Below, piece by piece: positions 48,762 through 57,832 of a stretch of 64,000 nucleotides of DNA. The notes beneath the pieces were generated by a model. The model was not told where the DNA came from. It was given only the letters and a program-made list of their open reading frames with translations, and ran no database searches. The stretch is from a virus. Taxonomy: Duplodnaviria > Caudoviricetes. The position numbers were made by a program, and so were the translations under genes. The stretch is from the IMG/VR virus record IMGVR_UViG_3300008262_003210; one strand, written 5' to 3'. Position 1 is the first letter of the stretch; every line of letters begins with the position of its first letter.

Positions 48762-48953
48762 ATGACAAAATTAGCAAAATTAGCAAAGGTAAACGAAAAC
48801 ATCAGCATCAATCGTTATGACAATGGTTGGATGGTTGAAATTGGCGGCCGTAATAAAAAAGAAGATTGGTCTAATACAAAGACGCTGTGTAACACAGAAG
48901 ATGAAGTAATCGCTCTAATTAAAGAGTGGAATACATTACCATTGGATCAATAA
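48762..48953 (+). CDS. Hypothetical protein (63 aa)
   Basis: AGGAG RBS; I..YDNGWMVE.GGR pattern. Confidence 0.65.
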   Translation: MTKLAKLAKVNENISINRYDNGWMVEIGGRNKKEDWSNTKTLCNTEDEVIALIKEWNTLPLDQ

Positions 48954-48955
48954 TT

Positions 48956-50014
48956 ATGGCAAATAAAGCATTCGATTTATCAAAATTTAGAAAAACCCTA
49001 ACTAAAAGCATTGATGGGTTAGGTGTTGGGTTTAATGATCCAACAGATTGGATTAGCACAGGTAATTATACTCTTAACTATCTAATCAGCGGCGATTTTC
49101 ACAAAGGCGTACCACTTGGTAAAGTTACTGTATTTGCAGGTGAATCCGGTGCAGGTAAGTCATTTATCTGTTCTGGAAACTTAGTACGTAATGCACAACA
49201 ACAAGGCATCTATGTTATCCTAATTGATAGCGAAAATGCTCTTGATGAAAGTTGGTTACACGCTTTAGGTGTAGACACTAGTGAAGATAAACTACTCAAG
49301 CTCAATATGGCTATGATTGATGATGTGGCTAAAACTATCCACGAATTCATGAAAGAGTACAAAGAAATGACAGAACGTCCTAAGGTCTTGTTTGTCATAG
49401 ACTCGTTGGGTATGTTACTTACTCCAACTGATATTAACCAGTTCGAAGCAGGTGACCTTAAAGGCGACATGGGCCGTAAACCTAAAGCATTGACAGCACT
49501 AGTTCGTAATTGTGTAAACATGTTTGGATCTTACAACGTTGGAATGGTATGTACTAATCATACATACGCAAGTCAAGATATGTTCGACCCAGACGACAAA
49601 ATTTCAGGTGGACAAGGTTTTGTCTATGCGTCAAGCATTGTTGTTGCTATGAAAAAACTCAAACTTAAAGAGGATGAGGATGGTAACAAAGTTTCTGAAG
49701 TAAATGGTATTCGTGCCGCATGTAAGATTATGAAAACACGATATGCTAAACCTTTTGAAACTGTACAAATTAAGATTCCATACGAAACTGGTATGAATCC
49801 GTATAGTGGTATGGTTGACTTGTGTGAAAAACAAGGTATTTTAAAACAAGAAGGCAATAGACTCAAGTGGGTCGATCCTGAGACTGGAGAAGAGTTCAAA
49901 TTCTACCGAAAAGAATGGAAAGATGATAAATTAGATATGATAATGGAAAAATTTCATATCAAATCTAATACAACACCTACTGTTCCCGAGGAGAATGAAG
50001 AACATGTTGAATGA
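48956..50014 (+). CDS. uvsX: RecA-like recombinase UvsX
   Basis: AGESGAGKS Walker A, IDSENA, VIDSLG, NHTY, SGGQGFVYASS; probable start MANKAF at 48956. Confidence 0.95.
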   Translation: MANKAFDLSKFRKTLTKSIDGLGVGFNDPTDWISTGNYTLNYLISGDFHKGVPLGKVTVFAGESGAGKSFICSGNLVRNAQQQGIYVILIDSENALDESWLHALGVDTSEDKLLKLNMAMIDDVAKTIHEFMKEYKEMTERPKVLFVIDSLGMLLTPTDINQFEAGDLKGDMGRKPKALTALVRNCVNMFGSYNVGMVCTNHTYASQDMFDPDDKISGGQGFVYASSIVVAMKKLKLKEDEDGNKVSEVNGIRAACKIMKTRYAKPFETVQIKIPYETGMNPYSGMVDLCEKQGILKQEGNRLKWVDPETGEEFKFYRKEWKDDKLDMIMEKFHIKSNTTPTVPEENEEHVE

Positions 50015-50237
50015 AAGTCAAATTGGTGATATTTGGTTGCTATTTGCAGACTATATTGATAAAAAACAATTAGAAGTTGCGGCCGAACGTTATGTCGAAT
50101 TGTTAGCAGACTATGGAGTAAGTGATCGAGTGTTTCAAAGTGCAATGGGCGTTGATCATACGCTCGATCAATCTATAGAATACTACTTAGACGAAGACGA
50201 CGAAGACGAAGACGATTATAAAGAACTGGATTTTTAA
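50004..50237 (+). CDS. Acidic hypothetical protein (77 aa)
   Basis: GAGGAG RBS 10 nt before the ATG at 50004; C-terminal D/E run. Confidence 0.6.
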   Translation: MLNESQIGDIWLLFADYIDKKQLEVAAERYVELLADYGVSDRVFQSAMGVDHTLDQSIEYYLDEDDEDEDDYKELDF

Positions 50238-50692
50238 TGGGTTGGTACGCTAAAATTTCAAAAGACATCTCGCATATTCCGGATGCAGTAGAGTACTACA
50301 AGACCGAATTAGATGCTGCAAAAATTGAATGCCGTATAACGGGAAATATTGAAAGAGCAGCAGCAGGCTTGCCTGGTATTGTGGAACAGCGGTTTAGTCA
50401 GCTTCAAGAAATCGAAGCAATTTTAGAATACCTTAACATTGAACTTCGAAGACTTAAAAGCAGTCATTTTCGAAAATATCTTGAAAACTATCAACGTGCT
50501 CTAAGTAGTCGTGATTGTGAAAAATTTGTTGAAGGCGAGGCAGACGTAGTTGATTTTGAAAAAATTATCAACGAATTTGCCTTACTTCGTAACAAGTGGT
50601 TAGGCATTACTAAAGGCTTAGATCAAAAACAATGGCAAATTACCAATATTGTTAAACTTCGTGTTGCAGGGATGGAAGACGCTACCTTATGA
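50237..50692 (+). CDS. uvsY: Recombination mediator UvsY-like
   Basis: Helical; KWLGITKGLDQKQWQITNIVKLRVAGMED; lies next to uvsX. Confidence 0.75.
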   Translation: MGWYAKISKDISHIPDAVEYYKTELDAAKIECRITGNIERAAAGLPGIVEQRFSQLQEIEAILEYLNIELRRLKSSHFRKYLENYQRALSSRDCEKFVEGEADVVDFEKIINEFALLRNKWLGITKGLDQKQWQITNIVKLRVAGMEDATL

Positions 50693-51432
50693 AGATAGTC
50701 CTTGTCACCGGAGGCTTCGACCCATTGCATAGCGGACATATACGATATTTTAAAGAAGCAAAAGCATTGGGAGATATGCTAATTGTTGGATTGAACAGCG
50801 ATGATTGGCTAGAACGTAAAAAAGGCCGTGCATTTATGCCTTGGAACGAAAGGCTTTGCATTATTAACAATCTATCTATGGTTGATGAGGTCTACACATT
50901 TGATGATGAAGACAACTCTGCCCGTCATTTTATAAAACAAGTAAGAGCTCATTATCCAGAAAGTCAATTGATTTTTGCCAATGGCGGTGATCGCACACAA
51001 GCAAACATTCCAGAAATGGATTGCACCGATAAAAACTTATATTTTGCATTTGGCGTTGGCGGCGTTGACAAAATGAATTCCAGTAGATGGATTTTGCAAG
51101 AATGGAAAGCTCCTAAGACAGAAAGACCATGGGGCTACTACCGTGTCTTGCACGAGATACAAGGAACCAAGGTAAAAGAACTTACAGTGATGCCTGGTAA
51201 AAGTTTAACCATGCAGAGACACCAACATCGAGCAGAGCACTGGCATGTATCAGAAGGTCGATGCGTAGTAAATTTTGGTGATGGTGAGCAAGAACGTACC
51301 TTACATCAGTTCCAACATATTCCTGTTGGTCATTGGCATCAACTTACTAATCCGTTTAACGAACCTTGCAGGATTGTAGAAATACAATACGGCGATCGCT
51401 GTGATGAAAGTGACATCGAACGACAAAACTAA
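50689..51432 (+). CDS. Cytidylyltransferase (HxGH) fused to a mannose-6-P-isomerase-type cupin
   Basis: TGGFDPLHSGH, VGLNSD, FANGGDR; C-domain RPWGYY.VL, Q.H.HRAEHW.V..G, EIQYG....E.DIER. Confidence 0.85.
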   Translation: MKIVLVTGGFDPLHSGHIRYFKEAKALGDMLIVGLNSDDWLERKKGRAFMPWNERLCIINNLSMVDEVYTFDDEDNSARHFIKQVRAHYPESQLIFANGGDRTQANIPEMDCTDKNLYFAFGVGGVDKMNSSRWILQEWKAPKTERPWGYYRVLHEIQGTKVKELTVMPGKSLTMQRHQHRAEHWHVSEGRCVVNFGDGEQERTLHQFQHIPVGHWHQLTNPFNEPCRIVEIQYGDRCDESDIERQN

Positions 51433-51452
51433 TTTGCCCAAAAGGTAGACCG

Positions 51453-51485
51453 TAGGCCTTAAATAATATTGAGGCCTATTTTTTT
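51453..51485 (+). terminator. Rho-independent terminator
   Basis: TAGGCCT...AGGCCTA stem followed by T7. Confidence 0.7.
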
Positions 51486-51494
51486 CTATAAGTA

Positions 51495-51523
51495 TTGACT
51501 TTTGTCAAATTTTTGTTTAATAT
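51495..51523 (+). promoter_or_regulatory. sigma70-type promoter
   Basis: TTGACT-N17-TAATAT; ATG 6 nt downstream. Confidence 0.55.
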
Positions 51524-51529
51524 AGTGTT

Positions 51530-52708
51530 ATGACACAAATAGATAAAATTTTAATTAAAATTTTGAATTTACCTGATAATGATTTAATGTTAGTGCCTAG
51601 ACGCGAATTGAAGATTCTAAAAAATCTTGGAAAATTAGTTTCGTCACCGCATTTTATAACAGAAAATCAAGGCAAATTATTAATGAAAATTTTAAACGAA
51701 AATTTGAGAAATTTTAACGGAATTTCAGACGAAATTTCCGAGTCCTTACTTACACCCTCTTGGTCAAGAATCTTTAGGCCGGTTGATAAAACTAAAAAAA
51801 TATACTTGTCGACTGACAATTCTACAATAGTTATGGAGTTTGCATACTCTAGTGTAATACGCAAGGTTTTACAGTCAATCTGGCGAGACCTTGGTAACAT
51901 ATCACAAGAAACTTCTGGTAAAATTTATAACATCGAACTCACTGAAAAAAATATTGTAAAATTAGTTGACACCTTTAAACCTCTTGAATTTGAAATTGAC
52001 GAGAAAATTGAAAATTTTTACAAAATTATAAAATCTTGGTCAGAAACTGAAATAAAAAATAAATTCTTGCTCAGCAACTTTGATCATTCTAATTTTCAAA
52101 AATTGATTACTAGTGACCTTGGTATCGATACTCCTATCTCAGATGACACCATTGCTGACCGAAGTGTGCGATACCAGTATTTTTTAGAAAATCCCAAAAA
52201 AACACCAGAAAATTTGACCGAAATTTTGGCCTATAGGAAAAATACTAAAGTTTGGATCAATAAAAATTCCTACTCGTTAGAAGAGATTTTAAGTTCATTG
52301 AAACAAATAAAAAGACTACCTGTGCTTGTTATATTCGATTGTAATGACCATAAAAAATGCTATGAAGAATTGGTAGATCTTCACAAGAGTTTAGAAAAAA
52401 CTGAAATTTTTGAAAATATTGGAATTTACTTTCGCCTTGACAATGATGAAGGTGGATCGATGTTCAACAAATTTATAGCCGAAAACAAATACAATGCTCA
52501 GTTAGATGAAACAACAACTATTGTTGGAGTACAAAATGGAAAAATACCTAAATTTTTCCTAAAAAGCCCTTGGAAGCCAATGAGTGTAATAAGCATTGGT
52601 TCTTCACTTAAACAAACAAAAACTGCGGTATATGCAAATTGTTGCGACCTAATAATTTCATACACAGAGCAAGAACCTATTATTGAGAACAAAGTACTAT
52701 GGGAGTAA
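51530..52708 (+). CDS. Hypothetical protein (392 aa) upstream of UvsW
   Basis: Long ORF overlapping the uvsW start; no motif recognised. Confidence 0.7.
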   Translation: MTQIDKILIKILNLPDNDLMLVPRRELKILKNLGKLVSSPHFITENQGKLLMKILNENLRNFNGISDEISESLLTPSWSRIFRPVDKTKKIYLSTDNSTIVMEFAYSSVIRKVLQSIWRDLGNISQETSGKIYNIELTEKNIVKLVDTFKPLEFEIDEKIENFYKIIKSWSETEIKNKFLLSNFDHSNFQKLITSDLGIDTPISDDTIADRSVRYQYFLENPKKTPENLTEILAYRKNTKVWINKNSYSLEEILSSLKQIKRLPVLVIFDCNDHKKCYEELVDLHKSLEKTEIFENIGIYFRLDNDEGGSMFNKFIAENKYNAQLDETTTIVGVQNGKIPKFFLKSPWKPMSVISIGSSLKQTKTAVYANCCDLIISYTEQEPIIENKVLWE

Positions 52709-54168
52709 AATTAGTCATCCGAGACGAAGTCAACATTAAATTTGAGGGACTTCCGCTAGACGCTCGTAAAAAACTAGTATCAACCTTTAAATACGTCGAC
52801 CCAACAGCTCGATATCGACCTGCCTATAAATTAGGACGTTGGGACGGTACCATAAGTCTATTTGGTCTCGGCGGCAATGGGTATCTTAATCAATTGGAAA
52901 AATGCTTTGAGGTATTAAATTCAATTGGCGTTGAAATAGACGAGTTAGAAGATTTAAGAACTCCTGTAAAAATTAATTTCACTCCCGTTACAAATTCTTA
53001 TTGGGCGGACATGGGAAAAGTGTGGCCGGAAGGTCACAGGTTTGCAGGTAATCCTATCACCTTAAGAGACGACCAAGTCGAAATCATTAATAGATTTTTT
53101 ACAAATACACAAGCATTACAAGAAGTAGCTACAGGCGCAGGAAAAACTATTATGACTGCTACTCTTGCACATTGTTCTGAAAAATACGGACGTACTGTGA
53201 CCATTGTTCCAAACAAAGATCTTGTCACACAAACTGAAGAAGATTTCATCAATGTTGGATTAGATGTAGGTGTTTACTTTGGTGACAGAAAGATGATTGG
53301 CCACACGCATACTATTTGTACTTGGCAAAGTCTCAATGTACTAGATAAGAAAAGTAAAAACTGGGATTTAGAAGAAGCACTTTCGTTAGCTGAGTTCTTA
53401 CACGATGTTAAAACCGTTATTGTAGACGAAGTACATATGGCAAAAGCCGAAGTATTGAAGAACCTGTTGACTCATAACTTCTCAAGTACTCCGATTAGAT
53501 GGGGGTTAACTGGTACAGTACCTAAAGATGAATTTGAAGCTGAACCAATTTTTGCTAGCATTGGTCCAGTTATAGGCGGTATAAAGGCATACGAATTGCA
53601 AGAGATGGGCATACTATCTAATTGCCATGTTAATGTTGTTCAAATGATAGATTTGCCTGAATTTAAAAGCTATGCGGAAGAATTAAAATATCTTGTTACT
53701 AATAAAGAACGAATAACCTATATAAGCAAACTAATTCAAGGTATCTCTGAATCAGGTAACACACTTATCTTAGTTAATAGGATTGATACAGGAAAATTTT
53801 TAACAGAATTATTGCCAGAGGCGGCATTCATTTCAGGCGAAGTAAAAGGCAAAGAACGTAAAGAGGAATATAAAGAACATGCAACAACTGATAACAAGAT
53901 TACTGTGGCGACTTACGGCGTGGCCGCTGTTGGTATTAATATCCCAAGGATTTTTAATCTGGTTCTTCTTGAACCCGGAAAGAGCTTTGTCCGCGTTATA
54001 CAAAGCATTGGGCGAGGCATTAGAAAAGCAGAAGACAAAGACTTCGTACAAATCTGGGACCTTACTAGCACCTGTAAGTACGCCAAACGTCACCTCACGC
54101 AGAGGAAGAAATTTTATAAGGAAGCCAAATATCCGTTTACTCTTGAAAAAACGGATTGGCAAAAATAA
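52699..54168 (+). CDS. uvsW: SF2 DNA helicase UvsW
   Basis: ATGAGKT, IVDEVH, GLTGT, ATYGVAAVGINIP, QSIGRGIR. Confidence 0.9.
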   Translation: MGVKLVIRDEVNIKFEGLPLDARKKLVSTFKYVDPTARYRPAYKLGRWDGTISLFGLGGNGYLNQLEKCFEVLNSIGVEIDELEDLRTPVKINFTPVTNSYWADMGKVWPEGHRFAGNPITLRDDQVEIINRFFTNTQALQEVATGAGKTIMTATLAHCSEKYGRTVTIVPNKDLVTQTEEDFINVGLDVGVYFGDRKMIGHTHTICTWQSLNVLDKKSKNWDLEEALSLAEFLHDVKTVIVDEVHMAKAEVLKNLLTHNFSSTPIRWGLTGTVPKDEFEAEPIFASIGPVIGGIKAYELQEMGILSNCHVNVVQMIDLPEFKSYAEELKYLVTNKERITYISKLIQGISESGNTLILVNRIDTGKFLTELLPEAAFISGEVKGKERKEEYKEHATTDNKITVATYGVAAVGINIPRIFNLVLLEPGKSFVRVIQSIGRGIRKAEDKDFVQIWDLTSTCKYAKRHLTQRKKFYKEAKYPFTLEKTDWQK

Positions 54169-54174
54169 GGAATT

Positions 54175-54681
54175 ATGCAAATATTAACATTAGAGAACAA
54201 AACTTTTAGTTTAAACAATTTACCAGATGAAGTAGATGAAAACACAAGATTTGCCGTCTTGGATAATTCGGATGCTAAAGAACCAGACTTCTTTTTTATG
54301 CCGTTAATATTTTTAGAATCATTTAATAGTCCAGCAATGGTACTAAAAATAGGTGACGACGAAGTAACAATGCCAATAGACTGGTCAATAGCAGTAGGAG
54401 ACAGTTCAAGCTCCAATGATATAGAAATATTACCGTTAACAAGTTTAAACAATCGGGGATTCGAAGCAATGATTTTTAATCCGTTGAGTAGTTTTAGACT
54501 AGAATTTAAAAAAATTGAAATCGTAAATTTTTATAATGACGTCAAATGGTATTTTCCTAAAATGAAAAACGGACAGCTATTGGCAGTTCCAACTCGCTTT
54601 CAAGAAAAACCAAACTGTGCATACTTTGTTAAAGAAATTTCAAGACAAAGCGAAATCATTCAACTAGATAAAATATTATGA
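54175..54681 (+). CDS. Hypothetical protein (168 aa)
   Basis: AAGGA RBS; beta-rich; no confident family. Confidence 0.65.
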   Translation: MQILTLENKTFSLNNLPDEVDENTRFAVLDNSDAKEPDFFFMPLIFLESFNSPAMVLKIGDDEVTMPIDWSIAVGDSSSSNDIEILPLTSLNNRGFEAMIFNPLSSFRLEFKKIEIVNFYNDVKWYFPKMKNGQLLAVPTRFQEKPNCAYFVKEISRQSEIIQLDKIL

Positions 54682-54818
54682 TTGACAAAGAATGGTTAAC
54701 AAAAATAGAAATAGCCTACAAGGCTTATCCATATCCTAGTAAAGAAATAGAATCATTTATACAATGGATCTATAAACAATATGGAATAGTTCAGGAGAAA
54801 AAAGATGGGCAGTCTTAA
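54678..54818 (+). CDS. Small hypothetical protein (46 aa; not in the ORF track)
   Basis: ATGA overlap with the upstream stop; MIDKEWLTKIEIAYKAYPYPSKEIESFIQWIYKQYGIVQEKKDGQS fills the gap exactly. Confidence 0.55.
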   Translation: MIDKEWLTKIEIAYKAYPYPSKEIESFIQWIYKQYGIVQEKKDGQS

Positions 54819-55098
54819 ACCTGGTGCAACATACATATACGAACGTAACAAAGATACCGTATATGCTAGAGAATTTGGTGCTGATCCTAATACTAGACAA
54901 GTAGTTGGATGGAAATACGATAAGGATCATCCAAACTTCGATCCTAGGACTGGCGATGGTAGGCCGCTACACGATCACCTAATGGAAGACAAACTTTGGG
55001 GCGAAATTCGGAGAGAAGCACGTACCAATTCTACTTTACAAAAGGCCTTAGATCGTGCTATAATGATATACAGACTCAGCAAGGATAAACCACTATGA
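54805..55098 (+). CDS. Hypothetical protein (97 aa)
   Basis: AGGAG RBS; coupled to the next gene. Confidence 0.65.
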   Translation: MGSLKPGATYIYERNKDTVYAREFGADPNTRQVVGWKYDKDHPNFDPRTGDGRPLHDHLMEDKLWGEIRREARTNSTLQKALDRAIMIYRLSKDKPL

Positions 55099-55721
55099 CT
55101 TTAAAAGTTGCATATTTTGCGCCAACTGTAATGGCGTTAGATGAAATTCCTCCAGGCACATTTAGCCAAATTTATAATTTATCCGATACTCTTCATAGCC
55201 ACCCCGAACTAAATGATTCAGGAAATCCTACCATAAGTATTCGCGGAGGCCAACAAATTCAAGTTTATCCTAATGAATTAGAGCTTGATGTTTCGTGGCT
55301 TGTAAAATATCTTGAAGAAATTTGTGTTGGATATATGGAACTTGTATCTGCACAAAGCGGAACAGAGGAACTTAAATATTGCAAACCTATTGTAAACAGT
55401 ATTTGGACTATACGACAAGGTCCAGGACAATATCAAGAAATGCATAGTCATCCGGCTGGGAATTTAAGTGGAAACATCTATATACAGACTCCGGATTTAG
55501 AATTAAATAGTTTGCCAAGCGACGGTCAGGTGTTATTTAGAATGTCGCAGACTAAAGACATTACAAAGTTTATTATGAACGATACTTGGAAATTTACACC
55601 ACAACAAGGCATGGTAGTACTTTTTCCTAGTCATATACCACACACCGTATATCCGTGGCGCGGAACTGGATATCGAACAGTTATGGCATTTGATGCTGTG
55701 TTGAGGCCTAAGGATGAGTGA
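55095..55721 (+). CDS. Fe(II)/2OG oxygenase-like (HxH), outside the main island
   Basis: SIW.IRQ...EMHSH...SG.IYI...G.VVLFPSHIPHTVYP...R.VMAFDA. Confidence 0.8.
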   Translation: MTLKVAYFAPTVMALDEIPPGTFSQIYNLSDTLHSHPELNDSGNPTISIRGGQQIQVYPNELELDVSWLVKYLEEICVGYMELVSAQSGTEELKYCKPIVNSIWTIRQGPGQYQEMHSHPAGNLSGNIYIQTPDLELNSLPSDGQVLFRMSQTKDITKFIMNDTWKFTPQQGMVVLFPSHIPHTVYPWRGTGYRTVMAFDAVLRPKDE

Positions 55722-56193
55722 AAAAATTGAATTAAAAGAGAAAATTTCTGCGGTTGACCAGAATGTGCGTGAACTATGGGATGCCATGGATCCTGAACAA
55801 CAAAAAAGCCTTAAATCAGAATTTTTTATTCTTAATCGTTACATAAGCAATGCAAAATCATCTAATACAGAAATTCAACAACATTTTGTTTTAACTGTTA
55901 ACGAATATTTTAATAAGCACTGGAACATTCTTCAAAAGCATCCAAAACTTCTTTGGTTGTTATTGTGTATGTGCAGCTATGACGGTAAAAATCAATTTTA
56001 TCATGAATGGATTGGGCATAAAAAGAAAACAGGTACTAATAGTAAAAAGGTAAAATTTTTAACAGAAATATACCCTAATAAAAAAATTGATGAAATTGAA
56101 CTACTGTCGTCTATTGCAACTGACAAAGAGATAAAAGACCTTGCTCGAAAATATGGCATGGATGAACCAACTATTGCAAAAAAGTTTAAATGA
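55714..56193 (+). CDS. Possible clamp-loader small subunit (T4 gp62-like)
   Basis: FILNRYIS...W.G.KKK...L.EIYP..K..E.ELL pattern; weak recognition. Confidence 0.4.
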   Translation: MSEKIELKEKISAVDQNVRELWDAMDPEQQKSLKSEFFILNRYISNAKSSNTEIQQHFVLTVNEYFNKHWNILQKHPKLLWLLLCMCSYDGKNQFYHEWIGHKKKTGTNSKKVKFLTEIYPNKKIDEIELLSSIATDKEIKDLARKYGMDEPTIAKKFK

Positions 56194-56882
56194 TGAATCT
56201 TGTTAGCCAGCCTTATGTTTGTCAGTACTGTAATCATAAGTTTACAAAAGAAAAAACTTTAGCTGTGCATGTATGCGAACAGAAACGCAGGGCGTTGGCC
56301 AAACATGAAAGACATGTTGTCTTAGGCTTTGATACCTATAACAAATTTTATAAACTGACTCAAAATTCAAAAGGCGACAAGACGTATGATGAGTTTGCAC
56401 GTAGTCCTTACTATAATGCTTTTATAAAATTTGGAAGTTTTGTTTCGAATGTAAATCCTTTATATTTTGACAAGTTCATTGACTATGTAATTAAATCTGG
56501 AGTTAAGCTCGACCATTGGTGTCGAGATGAGTTATACGACAAATATGTTATAGATTTAATTAAAACAGAACCGGTTGAAGTAGCACTAGAGCGCAGTATT
56601 AAACATATGATGGAGTGGGCTGATGCAAACAAAAGCGTCTGGAATCATTATTTTTTATATGTTAGTTTAAGTCGAGCTACGTATGATATCAAGGACGGAA
56701 AGGTCAGCCCGTGGTTGTTGTTAAACAGCACGAACGGCAAAGAATTACTTAAGAAACTGAGTGATGAACAGCTAGCTGCAATAAGTAATGTTATAGACTT
56801 GCAATTTTGGATCAATAAATTTAAAAAGTTGCCTGCTGACACAGAACTTGTACGCCAAGTCGTTAAGGAATCTAACATATGA
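56190..56882 (+). CDS. Protein with an N-terminal Zn finger (230 aa)
   Basis: YVCQYCNHKFTKEKTLAVHVCE. Confidence 0.65.
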   Translation: MMNLVSQPYVCQYCNHKFTKEKTLAVHVCEQKRRALAKHERHVVLGFDTYNKFYKLTQNSKGDKTYDEFARSPYYNAFIKFGSFVSNVNPLYFDKFIDYVIKSGVKLDHWCRDELYDKYVIDLIKTEPVEVALERSIKHMMEWADANKSVWNHYFLYVSLSRATYDIKDGKVSPWLLLNSTNGKELLKKLSDEQLAAISNVIDLQFWINKFKKLPADTELVRQVVKESNI

Positions 56883-57076
56883 CAAATCCAGCTAATCATG
56901 TAAGTGGTAACCCAGATGCAATGCAACTTGACCTCCAAGTGATTGTTTCTGAAGAAGACAATTCAGTGTATGTAAAATTTACAGGTTTTGAAACAATAGA
57001 AGAAGCTGACAAATACGCAGATCATTTAACAGAACATTTGCCACTGTTACTGTTTGAAAGCGAGATAAAACATTGA
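56879..57076 (+). CDS. Hypothetical protein (65 aa)
   Basis: ATGA-coupled to the upstream gene. Confidence 0.55.
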   Translation: MTNPANHVSGNPDAMQLDLQVIVSEEDNSVYVKFTGFETIEEADKYADHLTEHLPLLLFESEIKH

Positions 57077-57261
57077 GAAAATTAGTAGACGGAACTAAGG
57101 CTAAAGAATTGAAAGAACCTGTTACACTCACAGTCTATACAAAATGTCCAGAAAAATGGATGTTAGTTGACAAAGAAACTGGAGAAGTGTATATTGGATA
57201 TGCGACTAAAGGAAAGAATAGTTGGAAGAAAATTGACCAATGGAGTGGTAAGGATGCCTGA
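57073..57261 (+). CDS. Hypothetical protein (62 aa, TTG start)
   Basis: TTGA-coupled to the upstream stop; KCPEKW.LVD.ETG.VY.G. Confidence 0.55.
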   Translation: MRKLVDGTKAKELKEPVTLTVYTKCPEKWMLVDKETGEVYIGYATKGKNSWKKIDQWSGKDA

Positions 57262-57832
57262 TATCGATATTGACTTTGCAGATAGAACACATGCTCTTGA
57301 CAAGTTTAAACATGTTGTTGCGGCTATTGAAGAACATGGCACTTTTAAAAAGCACAATACTGGTATCTATTGTACTTCTGTGCCATACAATCCAATAACG
57401 GGACTAAGTACAATAGATTATAAAACAGCAGAAGAGCGTGGTTATTTTAAAATAGACTTTTTAAATGTCGGTGTCTATGAGGGTGTAAAAGATAGAGCAC
57501 ATCTTAAACAATTGATGGAGACAGAACCATTATGGGATCTACTAGAACAAGACGACTTTACCCAACTCCTGTTCCATGTGAATGGGCATGGGTCTATTCT
57601 GAGACAAAGCAAACCAAGATCTATAGAGCAATTGGCAGCAGTACTAGCAATGATCAGACCCGCGAAACGTTATCTGATTGGGAAAGATTGGACTACGGTG
57701 ATGACGGAAGTGTGGACGAAGCCAGAGAATGATGAATACTACTTTAAGAAGGCACATGCTATTGCTTATGCACATGTAGTAGTGGTACAGATGAATTTAA
57801 TTTGTGAAAATATAAGTTACGGGTACAGTTAA
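57254..57832 (+). CDS. Miniature family-C polymerase (DnaE palm-like), 192 aa
   Basis: MPDIDIDF, KHNTG, KIDFL, LAMIRP and YFKKAHAIAYA match DnaE motifs in order; the start at 57254 follows AAGG. Confidence 0.75.
   Translation: MPDIDIDFADRTHALDKFKHVVAAIEEHGTFKKHNTGIYCTSVPYNPITGLSTIDYKTAEERGYFKIDFLNVGVYEGVKDRAHLKQLMETEPLWDLLEQDDFTQLLFHVNGHGSILRQSKPRSIEQLAAVLAMIRPAKRYLIGKDWTTVMTEVWTKPENDEYYFKKAHAIAYAHVVVVQMNLICENISYGYS

Noticed and set aside
54175-54681. Possible Hint/intein-like fold in the 168-aa protein
   Set aside because: Only a vague beta pattern; no N-terminal Cys/Ser or C-terminal His-Asn; not supportable without a profile search.
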